Shown here piece by piece: positions 15,770 to 15,947 of a stretch of 15,947 bases of DNA (its first letter is position 1; the number at the start of each line of letters is the position of its first letter). Source of the stretch: Myxococcales bacterium. Lineage in GTDB: Bacteria > Myxococcota_A > UBA9042 > JABWCM01 > BTVJ01. Under the pieces are notes generated by a model. It was given only the letters and a program-made list of their open reading frames with translations. It searched no databases and had not been told where the DNA came from. The translations under genes and the position numbers were made by a program. The DNA lies in NCBI GenBank assembly GCA_045863395.1, contig BTVJ01000129.1:1-15947 (forward strand), given 5' to 3'.

Positions 15770-15947
15770 GTCTGCTCCGGGGCTCCGGTGAGGGGCTCAT
15801 GTCTACCACACGGGGCGCTCGCCCGGCGACCGGCGCCGGCCCGCTGGAGTGATTGCACACCAGCTTGGGCCGGTATGGCATGGCCGGGAGCAACTCACAG
15901 GGTCAGCAACAAATATGGGCGCGGCCCTCATGCGCCGAGTTCGCGGC

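Noticed and set aside
15850..15947. Lower-GC terminal stretch with AGCAAC twice and a possible - strand gene end (RELGA-stop at 15930-15928)
   Set aside because: Too short and cut by the window edge to support an ncRNA, operator or CDS call.
1..15947. CRISPR array, tRNA/rRNA, IS elements
   Set aside because: No regularly spaced repeats, cloverleaf or rRNA-like sequence, transposase or terminal inverted repeats were seen.

Overview
Very GC-rich bacterial DNA, most likely Myxococcota (inferred from a MYXO-CTERM-type sorting tail and myxobacterial-style Cys-rich repeats). The left part (1-9866) is dense and intact. On the + strand are a SAM methyltransferase (5'-truncated by the window), a surface-anchored Cys-rich matrixin-type metalloprotease, a divergent UPRTase-like gene, hpt, an MBL-fold hydrolase and a lipoprotein. 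These converge on a - strand ClpA/C-type AAA+ chaperone, which is divergent from a HAD phosphatase - membrane protein - ddl operon. The right part (9876-15947) is accessory and partly decayed. It holds an apparent selO relic reduced to its two ends, a stand-alone primase-type zinc finger, a lipoprotein, an orphan 326-aa protein and an acyltransferase. It ends with a - strand cassette in which two paralogues of an unrecognised protein family flank a doubly deleted Afp15/Pvc15-like AAA ATPase relic and a CpXC stub. No rRNA, tRNA, CRISPR array or transposase was recognised. All family assignments come from motif recognition by eye; no database search was run.
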